Below are positions 1 to 9,685 of a stretch of DNA of 64,000 nucleotides, piece by piece. A program made the translations under genes and the position numbers. Under the pieces are notes generated by a model. That model had not been told where the DNA came from. It saw only the letters and a program-made list of their open reading frames with translations, and made no database searches. Each line of letters opens with the position of its first letter. The first letter of the stretch is position 1. The stretch comes from a virus, in the IMG/VR virus record IMGVR_UViG_3300023179_003528, positions 1 through 64,000 of that record, one strand, 5' to 3'.

Positions 1-449
1 TGGGTTGGATGTATATGACTGTTTGTGCCTTCGACTTTATTGTTTTCCCTATAATGTATACCATAGTTCAATTTTGGGAAACAGAAGCTGCCAACGATGC
101 TTTCCGCCAATGGCAACCACTTACACTGGCAGGTGCAGGACTGTTCCATATGGCCATGGGGGCTGTATTGGGTCTGAGTGCATGGGGACGCACACAGGAA
201 AAATTAAACGGTGCCAACAACGGCGGTATACAACCTCCAGGTGGTACCACATCCAGTGCATTGCCTGCACCTAGCATGGGTAGCACTTTTGGATCTCCAA
301 ACCCACAGATGGGCTCGTCATTTGCAACAGGTCCAGTGGCTAGCACCGCATTTGCATCTAGCACAATGCCCTCAAATGATCCGGGTGGTATAGTAATGAG
401 TCCAGGCGGCAAACCTGGACCGGCACCGTTACCAGATCCTATTAGATAA
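1..449 (+). CDS. Holin-like membrane protein (3TM holin type), 5'-truncated by window edge
   Basis: Frame open from window start (GWMYMTVCAFDFIVFP); two hydrophobic segments, WQPLTL and GLFHMAMGAVLGLSAWGRTQEK motifs typical of phage 3TM holin-like proteins; low-complexity P/S/G tail. Confidence 0.55.
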   Translation, partial: GWMYMTVCAFDFIVFPIMYTIVQFWETEAANDAFRQWQPLTLAGAGLFHMAMGAVLGLSAWGRTQEKLNGANNGGIQPPGGTTSSALPAPSMGSTFGSPNPQMGSSFATGPVASTAFASSTMPSNDPGGIVMSPGGKPGPAPLPDPIR

Positions 450-458
450 GGAATTATA

Positions 459-818
459 ATGAAATACATTTTAACCATACTTCTAACATTAGGTCTTTCC
501 ACAGCATGGGCCTGCGATGAAAAGAAAATAGAGGCTGGAAAACCGGCCAAGGCTGCTACCAGTGCCACTGCTGCAAAAGCATCAGAACCTGCCAAAGCAG
601 CCAGCCCTGCTCCCGCAGCTCAACCTCCTGCTGCTACAGCAGAACCTAGTGATACAGCAGGCAAAGGCGAAGTCAAAGAAGTTTGCATTGACAAAGTTGG
701 CAAGGATGGCAAAGTAGTTATGGGCAAGGATGGCAAGCCTGTTCAAGAATGTAGGAAAATTAGAGTAAGAAAGAAACTAGAAGCAACAGAGATTCCTCCT
801 CCGCCTGCCAAGAAATAA
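459..818 (+). CDS. Secreted/periplasmic protein with Ala/Pro-rich linker
   Basis: N-terminal signal peptide (MKYILTILLTLGLSTAWA), AAGGA SD upstream, C-terminal Cys pair with GKDGK repeat. Confidence 0.65.
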   Translation: MKYILTILLTLGLSTAWACDEKKIEAGKPAKAATSATAAKASEPAKAASPAPAAQPPAATAEPSDTAGKGEVKEVCIDKVGKDGKVVMGKDGKPVQECRKIRVRKKLEATEIPPPPAKK

Positions 819-823
819 TTAAC

Positions 824-852
824 TTGACAAAGGTTAAAGGGTATAGTATTAT
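824..852 (+). promoter_or_regulatory. Sigma70-type promoter for dnaJ
   Basis: TTGACA (824-829), 17 nt, TATTAT (847-852). Confidence 0.7.
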
Positions 853-867
853 ATACTATACCTTTTT
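836..867 (+). terminator. Inverted repeat / possible intrinsic terminator overlapping the promoter -10
   Basis: GGTATAGTAT (840-849) pairs with ATACTATACC (853-862), extendable with AAAG/TTTT, followed by T run. Confidence 0.5.
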
Positions 868-872
868 CTATT

Positions 873-1688
873 ATGAATCATTATCAAACACTTGGAGTAG
901 ATAAATCAGCCAGTCAAGATGACATCAAACGAGCATATCGTAAACTGGCTAGCCAACATCATCCAGACAAAGGAGGAGATGTCAAACGCTTTCAAGAAAT
1001 AGAAGAAGCACATCGTATTCTCAGCGATCCTAACTCAAGACAAGAATATGATAATCCAAGACCTCAGTTCCACCATGGTCATCCACCGGGTTTTGAAGAT
1101 ATAATTTCAAACATTTTTGGAGGTAATCATCCGTTAGGAGATATTTTTGGTAGCCGAAATATGCCTCAAAGAAATAGAAATCTTAATATGAATGCAGCTA
1201 TATCTTTAGAAGATGCATTTTATGGAAAAGATTTATTGGCCAATCTAAGACTGCCCAGTGGTAAAGAGCAGGTTTTAGAAATTAAAATTCCTGCAGGTAT
1301 AAAAGAAAATACAACCATGCGACTACAGGGCATAGGGGATGACTCTATACCAAATATGCCTAGAGGAGATATACTTCTAACCGTGCAGATTTTACCTCAT
1401 GGTAAATTTAAAAGACAAAATGATGACTTAATTTTAGACTTAGATATATCATGTATAGATGCCATGTTAGGCAAAAATATAGACATAGAAACAATAGACA
1501 ATAAACTGCTACAGATACAAATACAACCCGGAACACAGCATGGTCAACTATTAGCCTTACAAGGACATGGTATGCCCAACATGCGTGATTCTCGTTTCAA
1601 AGGCAGGCTATTAGTAAATGTAAATGTTACAATTCCTAAATTCTTAAGCGACGAACAAATAGAAGCTTTGAAAAAAATCTTTACTTAA
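873..1688 (+). CDS. dnaJ: DnaJ/CbpA-type co-chaperone (J domain + C-terminal domain, no zinc finger)
   Basis: YQTLGV...IKRAYRKLASQHHPDKGG J-domain with HPD; G/F linker; DnaJ_C motifs (IPAG, GDILL, IQPGTQ, GHGMP). Confidence 0.92.
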   Translation: MNHYQTLGVDKSASQDDIKRAYRKLASQHHPDKGGDVKRFQEIEEAHRILSDPNSRQEYDNPRPQFHHGHPPGFEDIISNIFGGNHPLGDIFGSRNMPQRNRNLNMNAAISLEDAFYGKDLLANLRLPSGKEQVLEIKIPAGIKENTTMRLQGIGDDSIPNMPRGDILLTVQILPHGKFKRQNDDLILDLDISCIDAMLGKNIDIETIDNKLLQIQIQPGTQHGQLLALQGHGMPNMRDSRFKGRLLVNVNVTIPKFLSDEQIEALKKIFT

Positions 1689-1696
1689 ATATTACT

Positions 1697-2182
1697 ATGA
1701 ATCTAAAACTATTTCCAAATGATATTCTACGACAACGAATAGAAGAATTCGATTTTGATAACTGTGATGTAGATCCAATAGAATTAGAAAAAAAACTAAT
1801 TGATTTTATGTTTAAACATGGGGGTATTGGCCTAGCTGCCAATCAAGTTGGACTGAAATATAGGGTGTTTGTTATGGGACATCCGCATAATCCAAAACTA
1901 GCCCGTGCTTTTTTTAACCCTGTTGTTGTTAAGACCACAGAAACATTTAATGATATGGAAGAAGGATGTTTGAGTTTTCCAAACATCTATGTTAAAATTA
2001 AGCGTCCTGCAAAAATATTGGCCAAATGGCAAAACAGCCAAGGGCAGTGGGAAGAAGGTGAATTTTCAGGTTATGATTGTAAATGTTTTTTACATGAATA
2101 TGATCATTTAGAAGGTATTGTTTTTAAGGACAGGGTGAGTAATTTAAAATGGGCTCTAGCAATAAAAAAAGGAAAAATGTGA
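1697..2182 (+). CDS. def: Peptide deformylase
   Basis: GIGLAANQVG, EGCLS and HEYDHLEG motifs. Confidence 0.95.
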   Translation: MNLKLFPNDILRQRIEEFDFDNCDVDPIELEKKLIDFMFKHGGIGLAANQVGLKYRVFVMGHPHNPKLARAFFNPVVVKTTETFNDMEEGCLSFPNIYVKIKRPAKILAKWQNSQGQWEEGEFSGYDCKCFLHEYDHLEGIVFKDRVSNLKWALAIKKGKM

Positions 2183-2184
2183 AA

Positions 2185-4449
2185 ATGCTTCAACCAGATA
2201 AGAATTTAGAAGAAATATTTGAACACACGGTGCAGCTTGCAAGTGCAAAGGAGCATGAATATATAACCTTGGAACATTTTCTTTACTGCATGATTGAAAA
2301 TGACTCATTTAAAGAATTATTGGCCAGTTTTGGGGCAGATGTAAAAAGTTTAAAAGATGATCTAGAAAACTTTATATCTACAGAGCTACAAGAAATTGTA
2401 AACCCTAAAGCAGACAAGCCTATCAAAACCAGCACTGTAGATCGTGTATTACACAAGGCATTCACAAATGTATTATTCAGTGGTCGACAGATCATAGAAC
2501 CGGCAGACTGTTTTATTACGATTTTTCAAGAAAAGAAAAGTAATGCTTACTACTTCCTACGCAAACACAATGTAGATAGAGAAGACTTTTTATCCTTTAT
2601 CAAGAAAGAAATTATAAGAGAAGACGAAGAGGAACCGGATCGTATTAATCCACAGCTAGAACGTATCCTACTACAATTCTGTGCTAATCTAACGGCCAAA
2701 GCAAAGTCAAAAAAGATAGATCCTGTAATTGGTAGAGAAAAAGAAGTGGAAGAAATTCAGCTTATTCTTGCACGTAGAGTTAAAGCCAATGCAATTCTAA
2801 TTGGTGATCCTGGTGTTGGTAAAACTGCTATTGCAGAAGGGTTGGCCCGTAAGATCATAGAAGGCAAAGTTCCCAAATTTATTCAGGACTATAGTGTTTA
2901 TAGTTTGGATATTAGCAGTATGCTAGCGGGTTCTAAATATAGAGGCGACTTCGAAGAACGGTTAAAGGCAGTTATTCATGCATTGGAAAAGAAAGGCAAC
3001 TGTATTTTGTTCATAGACGAGGCACATATGATGAACGGTGCTGGTGCTGCCAACGGTTCAAGTAATGACATGGCAAATATGCTTAAATCAGCTCTGGGCA
3101 AGGGAACAATTAAAGTTGTAGCTTCAACTACTTGGGAAGAATATCGTAAACATTTTGAAAAAGATCGAGCTCTAATGCGTCGTTTTCAAAAGGTAGTCGT
3201 AGATGAACCAGATGAAGTAACTGCTATTAGAATTGTTAAGGGCTTGAAAAAATATTACGAAAAACATCACAATGTTAAAATTACCAATCAGGCCATTATT
3301 GATAGTGTAAAATATAGTGTAAAATATCTTACAGATCGTAAGTTACCAGATAAGGCTATTGATGTAATTGATTGTGCCTCTGCTAGATTCAAAGTACGAG
3401 ATGAAGAAGGCGGAATAGTAGATCATGATGAAATTGTCTACGAAATCTCTAAAATAGCTAATTTACCTTTAGAAAGTGTGGCAAATAAAGAAAGTATTAA
3501 TCTAGAAAACCTAGAAACTAATATGAAATCAAAAGTATTTGGACAAGAACAGGCACTTGAAACATTGTTAGATAAAATTTATATTAGTCAAGCCGGACTT
3601 AAGGCACCTAATAAGCCTGTTGGTTCTTTTCTATTCGTGGGTCCTACGGGTGTTGGTAAGACAGAGGTAGCTAAACAATTGGCATCAAATTTAAAAATTA
3701 AATTAACTAGGTTTGATATGAGCGAATATCAAGAACGTCATGCTGTGGCAAAGTTTATTGGTAGTCCTCCAGGATATATTGGCTACGACGATAATGCAGG
3801 ACAATTAATTACTTGTCTACAGGAAAATCCAAACTGTGTATTATTACTAGATGAGGTGGAAAAGGCTCATCCAGATGTGCTCACTGTATTATTACAACTG
3901 ATGGATAACGGCTTTGTTACAGGCTCAAATGGTAAAAAAGCAGATGCAAGAAACGCCATTGTAATTATGACCAGCAACCTAGGTGCCGCAGATGCTGAAC
4001 GTAACTCAGTTGGATTTGGCAACCTTGAAAGAGATAGCGATCCTAAAGACGCAGTTAATAGGTTTTTTGCTCCAGAGTTTAGAAATAGACTAGACGGAAC
4101 AATTAAATTTGGAAAACTTGACAGGCCAACTATGGTTAAAATTGTTAATAAGTTTATAGATGAACTTAACAGTTTATTAAAAGAAAAGAGCGTGTTTGCC
4201 AAACTACAAAAAGACGCCATCGATTTACTGATAGAAAAAGGCTTTGATAGTAAAATGGGTGCTAGGCCCTTACAGCGTACAATTGACAGTGAGCTAAAAC
4301 GAGCTCTCAGTAAAGAAATACTATTTGGTAAATTACGAAATGGCGGAGTTATAGAAGTCAGTGTAGCAGACAATAAATTTCAATTTAATATTTTAGATAT
4401 TTTACCTGTTAAAACACGGAAACCACATGCAGAAACTACTGACCAATAA
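2185..4449 (+). CDS. clpA: ClpA-type AAA+ unfoldase (start likely ATG 2185 or GTG 2179)
   Basis: Clp N domain (HEYITLEH), two Walker A motifs (GDPGVGKT, GPTGVGKT), no ClpB middle domain, VGF ClpP-docking loop, MGARPLQR. Confidence 0.92.
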   Translation: MLQPDKNLEEIFEHTVQLASAKEHEYITLEHFLYCMIENDSFKELLASFGADVKSLKDDLENFISTELQEIVNPKADKPIKTSTVDRVLHKAFTNVLFSGRQIIEPADCFITIFQEKKSNAYYFLRKHNVDREDFLSFIKKEIIREDEEEPDRINPQLERILLQFCANLTAKAKSKKIDPVIGREKEVEEIQLILARRVKANAILIGDPGVGKTAIAEGLARKIIEGKVPKFIQDYSVYSLDISSMLAGSKYRGDFEERLKAVIHALEKKGNCILFIDEAHMMNGAGAANGSSNDMANMLKSALGKGTIKVVASTTWEEYRKHFEKDRALMRRFQKVVVDEPDEVTAIRIVKGLKKYYEKHHNVKITNQAIIDSVKYSVKYLTDRKLPDKAIDVIDCASARFKVRDEEGGIVDHDEIVYEISKIANLPLESVANKESINLENLETNMKSKVFGQEQALETLLDKIYISQAGLKAPNKPVGSFLFVGPTGVGKTEVAKQLASNLKIKLTRFDMSEYQERHAVAKFIGSPPGYIGYDDNAGQLITCLQENPNCVLLLDEVEKAHPDVLTVLLQLMDNGFVTGSNGKKADARNAIVIMTSNLGAADAERNSVGFGNLERDSDPKDAVNRFFAPEFRNRLDGTIKFGKLDRPTMVKIVNKFIDELNSLLKEKSVFAKLQKDAIDLLIEKGFDSKMGARPLQRTIDSELKRALSKEILFGKLRNGGVIEVSVADNKFQFNILDILPVKTRKPHAETTDQ

Positions 4450-5059
4450 ATTATTTTATGGCAAATTTGCCTACAAAGTTAATCTACTCATGCGAGGTTC
4501 CAACTATATTGAACTTTATGGACTTAATAAGCTAATTCATGCAATAAGTAAAAGACAAATTGTCATTGGCGCAAAAATTGATTCGGTGTCTTTAATCAGT
4601 ATAGGACATTTTCTACTAGAACTAGAAGGTACTTATAAAACTAGAATAGAGCATAACGAATTAAATGTATACTTTGATAACAAAAATGACTACGCAAACT
4701 TTGTGCAACGGTTTAAAGTTTTAGTCAATATTGTCTATGAACCTCAAAATGATAACATTGAACTTTTTCTAAAAGACAATAATAAAAAGGTCATAAGAAC
4801 TAGTCTACCCAGCAATCTTTATAGGTACAAAGTTTATTTTAAAATTATGCCTATAAATGATGGTGAAAATATAGTAAAATGGGCCGAAAACAATACAAAA
4901 GTTAGACTAAACAAGGGTCCTAGAAAGAGTCTATTAAAAACATTATATCCTAATGCCTACTTATACGTAGAAGATCAACCTACTCTCACTCTGTGCCGAC
5001 TGATAGGAGGACAGAATATTTCCAGAATAGAGGAATATGTGCTAACCTCTGAAGTATAA
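4427..5059 (+). CDS. Hypothetical protein
   Basis: 210 aa ORF overlapping clpA end, operon-like packing. Confidence 0.65.
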   Translation: MQKLLTNKLFYGKFAYKVNLLMRGSNYIELYGLNKLIHAISKRQIVIGAKIDSVSLISIGHFLLELEGTYKTRIEHNELNVYFDNKNDYANFVQRFKVLVNIVYEPQNDNIELFLKDNNKKVIRTSLPSNLYRYKVYFKIMPINDGENIVKWAENNTKVRLNKGPRKSLLKTLYPNAYLYVEDQPTLTLCRLIGGQNISRIEEYVLTSEV

Positions 5060-5068
5060 ATACATGCT

Positions 5069-5254
5069 ATGCAGAGCAAACCTATACCGCATTGGATGGA
5101 CGAATACGGTTCATATATAAAATATAAGAACATAAAGTGCAGATGTGGCGATCTACAACATTGCGGACAAAGTTGTTTAGACTGCAACAACTGTAGCGAA
5201 TGCGAATGTATAGAATGTAACACCAGTCTAGGAATTACGGATGCCGGCACTTAG
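5069..5254 (+). CDS. Small Cys-rich putative metal-binding protein
   Basis: CRC..HC..SCLDCNNCSECECIEC cluster; TATAAATA (5055-5062) immediately upstream. Confidence 0.55.
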   Translation: MQSKPIPHWMDEYGSYIKYKNIKCRCGDLQHCGQSCLDCNNCSECECIECNTSLGITDAGT

Positions 5255-5630
5255 CCAAAGTTTAGAATTTACCATCAATACCAATACTGTGGCCATTACC
5301 TATCCTAATACGGCCACAGATATGCTGATATATTTCAGCGATAGGGTCAAAGGTGATGGATATTATGGGTCTAGTGATGGATTCCATACAGTAGCATATA
5401 CGGCAGCAGATACATTTATTGGCACAATTACCATGCAGGCCAGTCTAGCGTCTGAACCGGCGAGCAGCGATTGGTTTAACATAGTTGGGACTACCTGTAC
5501 CTATACTGTATTTGATATTAGATCAACCAGTACCGTGAACTATTATAATTTTACCGGAAACTTTGTTTGGGTAAGAGGTAAAGTAGAAATAGCAGACGGC
5601 ACCCTTGAAGTAATACACTATAATCATTAA
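5241..5630 (+). CDS. Hypothetical protein, probably virion beta-sandwich
   Basis: 129 aa, T/Y-rich, GDGYYG and NFTGNFVWVR motifs seen in large-phage structural proteins. Confidence 0.65.
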   Translation: MPALSQSLEFTINTNTVAITYPNTATDMLIYFSDRVKGDGYYGSSDGFHTVAYTAADTFIGTITMQASLASEPASSDWFNIVGTTCTYTVFDIRSTSTVNYYNFTGNFVWVRGKVEIADGTLEVIHYNH

Positions 5631-5668
5631 TTAATCTAGCATAATAAATACTCTATACGGAGATTTAT

Positions 5669-6157
5669 ATGCGTATTCATGACCTATTCGACAACGATAC
5701 TACCTTACGTAATGGCGATATATTTGCCATTGAACTAGGTGAGGACCTAATAATTGAATCTACAATCATAGGGTTTATGAAGGATGGAGTAATTATACAA
5801 GGCGACGACGTTATACTATCCTTTCTACAAACCATACCAGTTAATGAGTCTGTGAGTAAATTTACAGCAATGGAACTGGCTGTTATGGAAGGGGGTGGAG
5901 ATATCGCAGATCTGCGAGAAGCAGAGTATCAAGGCAGAAACGTTCAATTAGGCAAACCTATGGCGGGTGATGTTAAAAAGTCAAAGGTATATGTAAAGGG
6001 TCCTAAAGGCAATGTTGTCAAAGTAAACTTCGGCGATAAGAAGATGAAGATTAAGAAATCTAATCCTAAACGTCGCAAATCATTCAGAGCACGTCACAAC
6101 TGCGACAATCCAGGTCCACGTTGGAAGGCACGCTACTGGTCTTGCAGGGCTTGGTAA
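5669..6157 (+). CDS. Putative internal head protein with basic C-terminal domain
   Basis: TAAATA at 5645-5650 and GGAG SD; C-terminal EAEYQGR...KSFRARHNCD...KARYWSCRAW module common in T4-like phages. Confidence 0.75.
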   Translation: MRIHDLFDNDTTLRNGDIFAIELGEDLIIESTIIGFMKDGVIIQGDDVILSFLQTIPVNESVSKFTAMELAVMEGGGDIADLREAEYQGRNVQLGKPMAGDVKKSKVYVKGPKGNVVKVNFGDKKMKIKKSNPKRRKSFRARHNCDNPGPRWKARYWSCRAW

Positions 6158-6158
6158 T

Positions 6159-6518
6159 ATGTTATTAAAAGAATTCTTTGGTAGATCACTAGATCTACAA
6201 TCTAACGAGCGTAAACGTAACGATAAATTACGTGATGAACTTTTTCAATTTGTTATAGAACATGACAGATTGCATAAAGATTATTTCTTTCCAATTGCTA
6301 GGAAAATTAAACTGGCACAAAAACAGAACACCGGTGAATCTAACTTCACTGAAGAATTCTTACCTATGGTTAAAAAGGGCTGTTTAGAATTTTATCATAA
6401 GAAAAACATGATGGGCAAACCTGAAAAAGTGTTTACCAAGGATCTACAAGAAGAAATGTGTGAACGGCTGTATAATCACTACTATGAAGACATCATAAAG
6501 GATCATTATAAATTATGA
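6159..6518 (+). CDS. Hypothetical protein
   Basis: 119 aa, tightly coupled; MLLKEF leader. Confidence 0.7.
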   Translation: MLLKEFFGRSLDLQSNERKRNDKLRDELFQFVIEHDRLHKDYFFPIARKIKLAQKQNTGESNFTEEFLPMVKKGCLEFYHKKNMMGKPEKVFTKDLQEEMCERLYNHYYEDIIKDHYKL

Positions 6519-7378
6519 TCTTAGTGGAAGGTGGTAACGAATTTAAGTTAGCAGACGGTAATCCTGCTACAAAACAAAATGCGTCGAGCGAAGAAGCCAA
6601 AGGTGCAGCAGATAGCTTGGGCAAGGAACTTGGTATAGATTTAGGATCTCGTCTAGGAGGTAGTGTAATCTATCCTGGGGCAGAAACAGGTGACGCAGAT
6701 GCTATATTAGACCCAGTTGACTTTATAAAAATTGCTCCGGGCACACAACCTAAAGATGCACAAAATCAATTTCGAGGTTGGCTAGCACAGAAATTACAAA
6801 AGATTGGCTATAAAGAATTACCTAAAAAAGCAGTTGTTGATGCACCAGGTAGATATTATAAGGTAGCTGGTGATGGGCTAACTGCCTGCGTTCAAATACC
6901 AGGATCAAAAGAATGGCTACAGGTTGATTTAGATATAGCAGAACCTGGCGAAGGTAAATTCAGTCTGTGGAGTAAGCGTGGTGAACCTAATCAACCAGGA
7001 ACACCTAAAGATGCTAGGGCCAAAGGTGCCTACAGGCATATTTTACTATCTGCCATCGGCAGCATACTCATAAGTCCGGATCATCCACAAGGGCTGAGTT
7101 GGAGTTATAAAAATGGTTTATTTGACCGTGCAACTAAACAAACTCTAACCAAAGATCCAGATGAAGTCGCTGGCATATTATTCGGCGGCAAGGCCAACGA
7201 TCTAGACAATATTAGCACAATACTGGCCAAATTAAAACAGAGTCATCCTAACCAATACAATGATATAGTTTCTAAGGTCAATGCGGGGCTAGAAAACTAT
7301 AAGACACAGTATAGGCTGAAAGAAAGTCATACTGTGGGCACACCACAATGGTTTAGGATTGTTTTAGATCTAATATGA
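6515..7378 (+). CDS. Putative Pol-beta-superfamily nucleotidyltransferase
   Basis: LGGS...GDADA (GS + DxD) and downstream QVDL third acidic residue. Confidence 0.55.
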   Translation: MILVEGGNEFKLADGNPATKQNASSEEAKGAADSLGKELGIDLGSRLGGSVIYPGAETGDADAILDPVDFIKIAPGTQPKDAQNQFRGWLAQKLQKIGYKELPKKAVVDAPGRYYKVAGDGLTACVQIPGSKEWLQVDLDIAEPGEGKFSLWSKRGEPNQPGTPKDARAKGAYRHILLSAIGSILISPDHPQGLSWSYKNGLFDRATKQTLTKDPDEVAGILFGGKANDLDNISTILAKLKQSHPNQYNDIVSKVNAGLENYKTQYRLKESHTVGTPQWFRIVLDLI

Positions 7379-8514
7379 AAATACAGGAACTATTACAAGA
7401 GGCAGAACCTGCTGTTGGTCGTAAGTATCAGCACATAGAAGATCTTGTTTTTACAGGTATTCCCAGTAAAGGAATAGCACCTGGTGCTAAAGCAGGACTA
7501 GAAGCCGTTAGAATTTTAAACGGTATGTCTAGCTCACCTAAGGCCAATGAGTTAAAATGGGATGGCAGTCCTGTAATTTACTGGGGCAGAGATGCACAAG
7601 GTAGGTTCAGTATGATTCCTAAAAATGCCTGGGAATATTTAAAGAGAGGTAAAACTGAAGTAAGCCCAGGTGTTCCTACTGCTATGTATTCTCCAGACGA
7701 TATCAAAAAATTTATTTTAGGAACTGGTAAGAATGAGCCAGGGCAGGAGAAGCAAAGGCAGATGTTTGCCAATCAACTTGCTGGTCTTTGGCCATATTTT
7801 GAAAAGATCAGTCCACCTAAAGGTTATATAGAAGGTGGTATATTATTCAGTCCTTTACAACCCTATACGTTTAATCAAGAGACTCAAGAATTTGACTTTC
7901 AACCAAACATCACAGGATTTCATATTCCCAAGGACAGTGGGCTAGGTAAAAGAATTAGTAAAGCAAAATTAATGGTAGCAGCCACTGGTTATTATGATAG
8001 TTTAGGCAGCGCAGAAGAAAGTAGATTTCCAAACGCAGAAAAATTAAGCACACCAGATGTTATTGTGCAAGGAACCCATTATGTAGAAAAGGCTCCTGGG
8101 ATAGATAGTAATTTATTAGACAGTGCTCAATCATATATCAATAGTAATGCTAAATTGATAGATAGTTTTTTAGCTCCTAAGCCTGGTCTAAGCAAAGTAG
8201 GAGATATACTCTATAAATTTTATAATCAAAATTTGCGTATAGATGCTGTGAAAGATAAATTTGTGGATTGGGCACAGGCAAATCTATCTGCCAATCAGGC
8301 CACTAAGCTCATAAGCGACCCTGGTCTAAATGCTGCACTCACCGCAGTTGAATTATTAAGTAAAGCCAAAATGGATGTATATCGTAGAGCCAGTTCTGTC
8401 AAGCATGGAGACATTCGCCAAACCAAACCAGAAGGGTATGTTTATCAAGATCCACAGACTGGTCAATTTGTTAAGGCTATCAGTCAAGCAGACTGGGCAC
8501 CAAGGAAAGACTGA
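7375..8514 (+). CDS. KxDG-motif protein (ligase-like covalent nucleotidyltransferase fold; DUF6267-like)
   Basis: HIEDL, LKWDGSP (motif I-like), IEGG, PEGYV (motif IV-like), FVK (motif V-like). Confidence 0.6.
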   Translation: MKIQELLQEAEPAVGRKYQHIEDLVFTGIPSKGIAPGAKAGLEAVRILNGMSSSPKANELKWDGSPVIYWGRDAQGRFSMIPKNAWEYLKRGKTEVSPGVPTAMYSPDDIKKFILGTGKNEPGQEKQRQMFANQLAGLWPYFEKISPPKGYIEGGILFSPLQPYTFNQETQEFDFQPNITGFHIPKDSGLGKRISKAKLMVAATGYYDSLGSAEESRFPNAEKLSTPDVIVQGTHYVEKAPGIDSNLLDSAQSYINSNAKLIDSFLAPKPGLSKVGDILYKFYNQNLRIDAVKDKFVDWAQANLSANQATKLISDPGLNAALTAVELLSKAKMDVYRRASSVKHGDIRQTKPEGYVYQDPQTGQFVKAISQADWAPRKD

Positions 8515-8515
8515 A

Positions 8516-9685
8516 ATGTTATTAAAAAACTTTTTTGAAGCAATAGAAAGAACAGGACAGGGCAAAACTGCTGTAATAGGTTGGGGGCGTGGCATGGGTC
8601 ACAAAGGGCACATGATGCTGGCCAGTAGTGTTATAACTAAGGCTAAATCAGTAGGTGGAGATCCTTATTTTGTAGTCAGTCGCACCATGGGCAAGGATGA
8701 TCCTTTGAGCGCAGATGAAAAATTAGCCATTTACAAAAAAGTATTTCCTCAGCAAGGACATATATTTCAAGCAGCCAGTGACGAACTACCAGATCTTACT
8801 CGTGTGTTGGCCAATCTAAATCAACAGGGATATTCAGATGCTGTGGTAGTTGTAGGGGCCGATCAAGTAAAGGCGTTTCAATATCTAAACAATTATAACG
8901 GTAAACCCAACAAAGCAGGAGACATTCCTTTTAATTTTAATACTTTACAGGTCATTAGTAGGCAAGAAACTGGGGATCCCAGCGCAGGAGAAGAAGGTCC
9001 TAGAGCTACTCCTATGCGTAACATCCTGAACGACCCTAATGCTACACCTCAACAACAATTTCAAGTTTGGCGTGATGCTATGAGTCCGGAAGTATCCGAC
9101 GACGAAGTTCGTCAACTTATGTTAAAGGCAAAACAACGTATGGATCAATTTTCAACCCCCAAAAAGAAAATTAAAGAAAAAATGCTGCCAAAAAGCTCTT
9201 TTGCAGGCACACCAAAAAACAAACTAGGTCCTGCTGCTCACCTAAAAGGCAAAATGAAAAGACCTGCTGGTCAAGGTGATCTAGTAGGTGATGCCCAGGA
9301 AGGTGTGGCGGAAGGCGGCTATGATGACTATAAGAGTAGGTTTAAATATCGAGAATTACAACATGAGCTAGGACATGAACTAAATCCCCCGCGGCAAAAA
9401 CCTAAAGGCATGTATTTCTATACGGTTAGGCCCATGGACCTATTCAAAGCCAAATCATTGGGCCTAAAGCAAAGTCGTAGCGGTAAGTGGTATAGCGCAA
9501 TACCTAACCCTCAAGCAGATAAAGAATTTGGCCCAGGAAAGTACTGGGAACCAAAAAACGAAAGTCAAAAAAAACAGGTGCCCATAGGCGAATCATATGA
9601 AAAAGAAATGTCTAGACTTATCAATAAAATAATAATAAATGAAACAGTACAAAATAACCAGCAAAAACGTACTGCAAAAAAGTGA
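8516..9685 (+). CDS. HxGH-family cytidylyl/adenylyltransferase-like protein with C-terminal modules
   Basis: Start reassigned to ATG 8516 (MLLKNFFEA); GWGRGMGHKGH, DPLS, VVVGADQ, RATPMR motifs. Confidence 0.7.
   Translation: MLLKNFFEAIERTGQGKTAVIGWGRGMGHKGHMMLASSVITKAKSVGGDPYFVVSRTMGKDDPLSADEKLAIYKKVFPQQGHIFQAASDELPDLTRVLANLNQQGYSDAVVVVGADQVKAFQYLNNYNGKPNKAGDIPFNFNTLQVISRQETGDPSAGEEGPRATPMRNILNDPNATPQQQFQVWRDAMSPEVSDDEVRQLMLKAKQRMDQFSTPKKKIKEKMLPKSSFAGTPKNKLGPAAHLKGKMKRPAGQGDLVGDAQEGVAEGGYDDYKSRFKYRELQHELGHELNPPRQKPKGMYFYTVRPMDLFKAKSLGLKQSRSGKWYSAIPNPQADKEFGPGKYWEPKNESQKKQVPIGESYEKEMSRLINKIIINETVQNNQQKRTAKK

Noticed and set aside
459-818. Spanin/lipoprotein call for the gene after the holin-like gene
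   Set aside because: AWAC is not a canonical lipobox and no partner i-spanin is visible; left as a secreted protein
2164-2182. A AAA AAA run at the end of def with clpA in the -1 frame (possible Def-ClpA fusion)
   Set aside because: No stimulatory structure seen; clpA has its own AGGA SD and GTG/ATG starts; A runs are common in this genome
9674-9685. Second gene ending GCA AAA AAG + stop (possible -1 frameshift)
   Set aside because: The -1 frame closes after 16 codons, no strong downstream stem is visible, and the overlapping real gene (9639) is in the +1 frame
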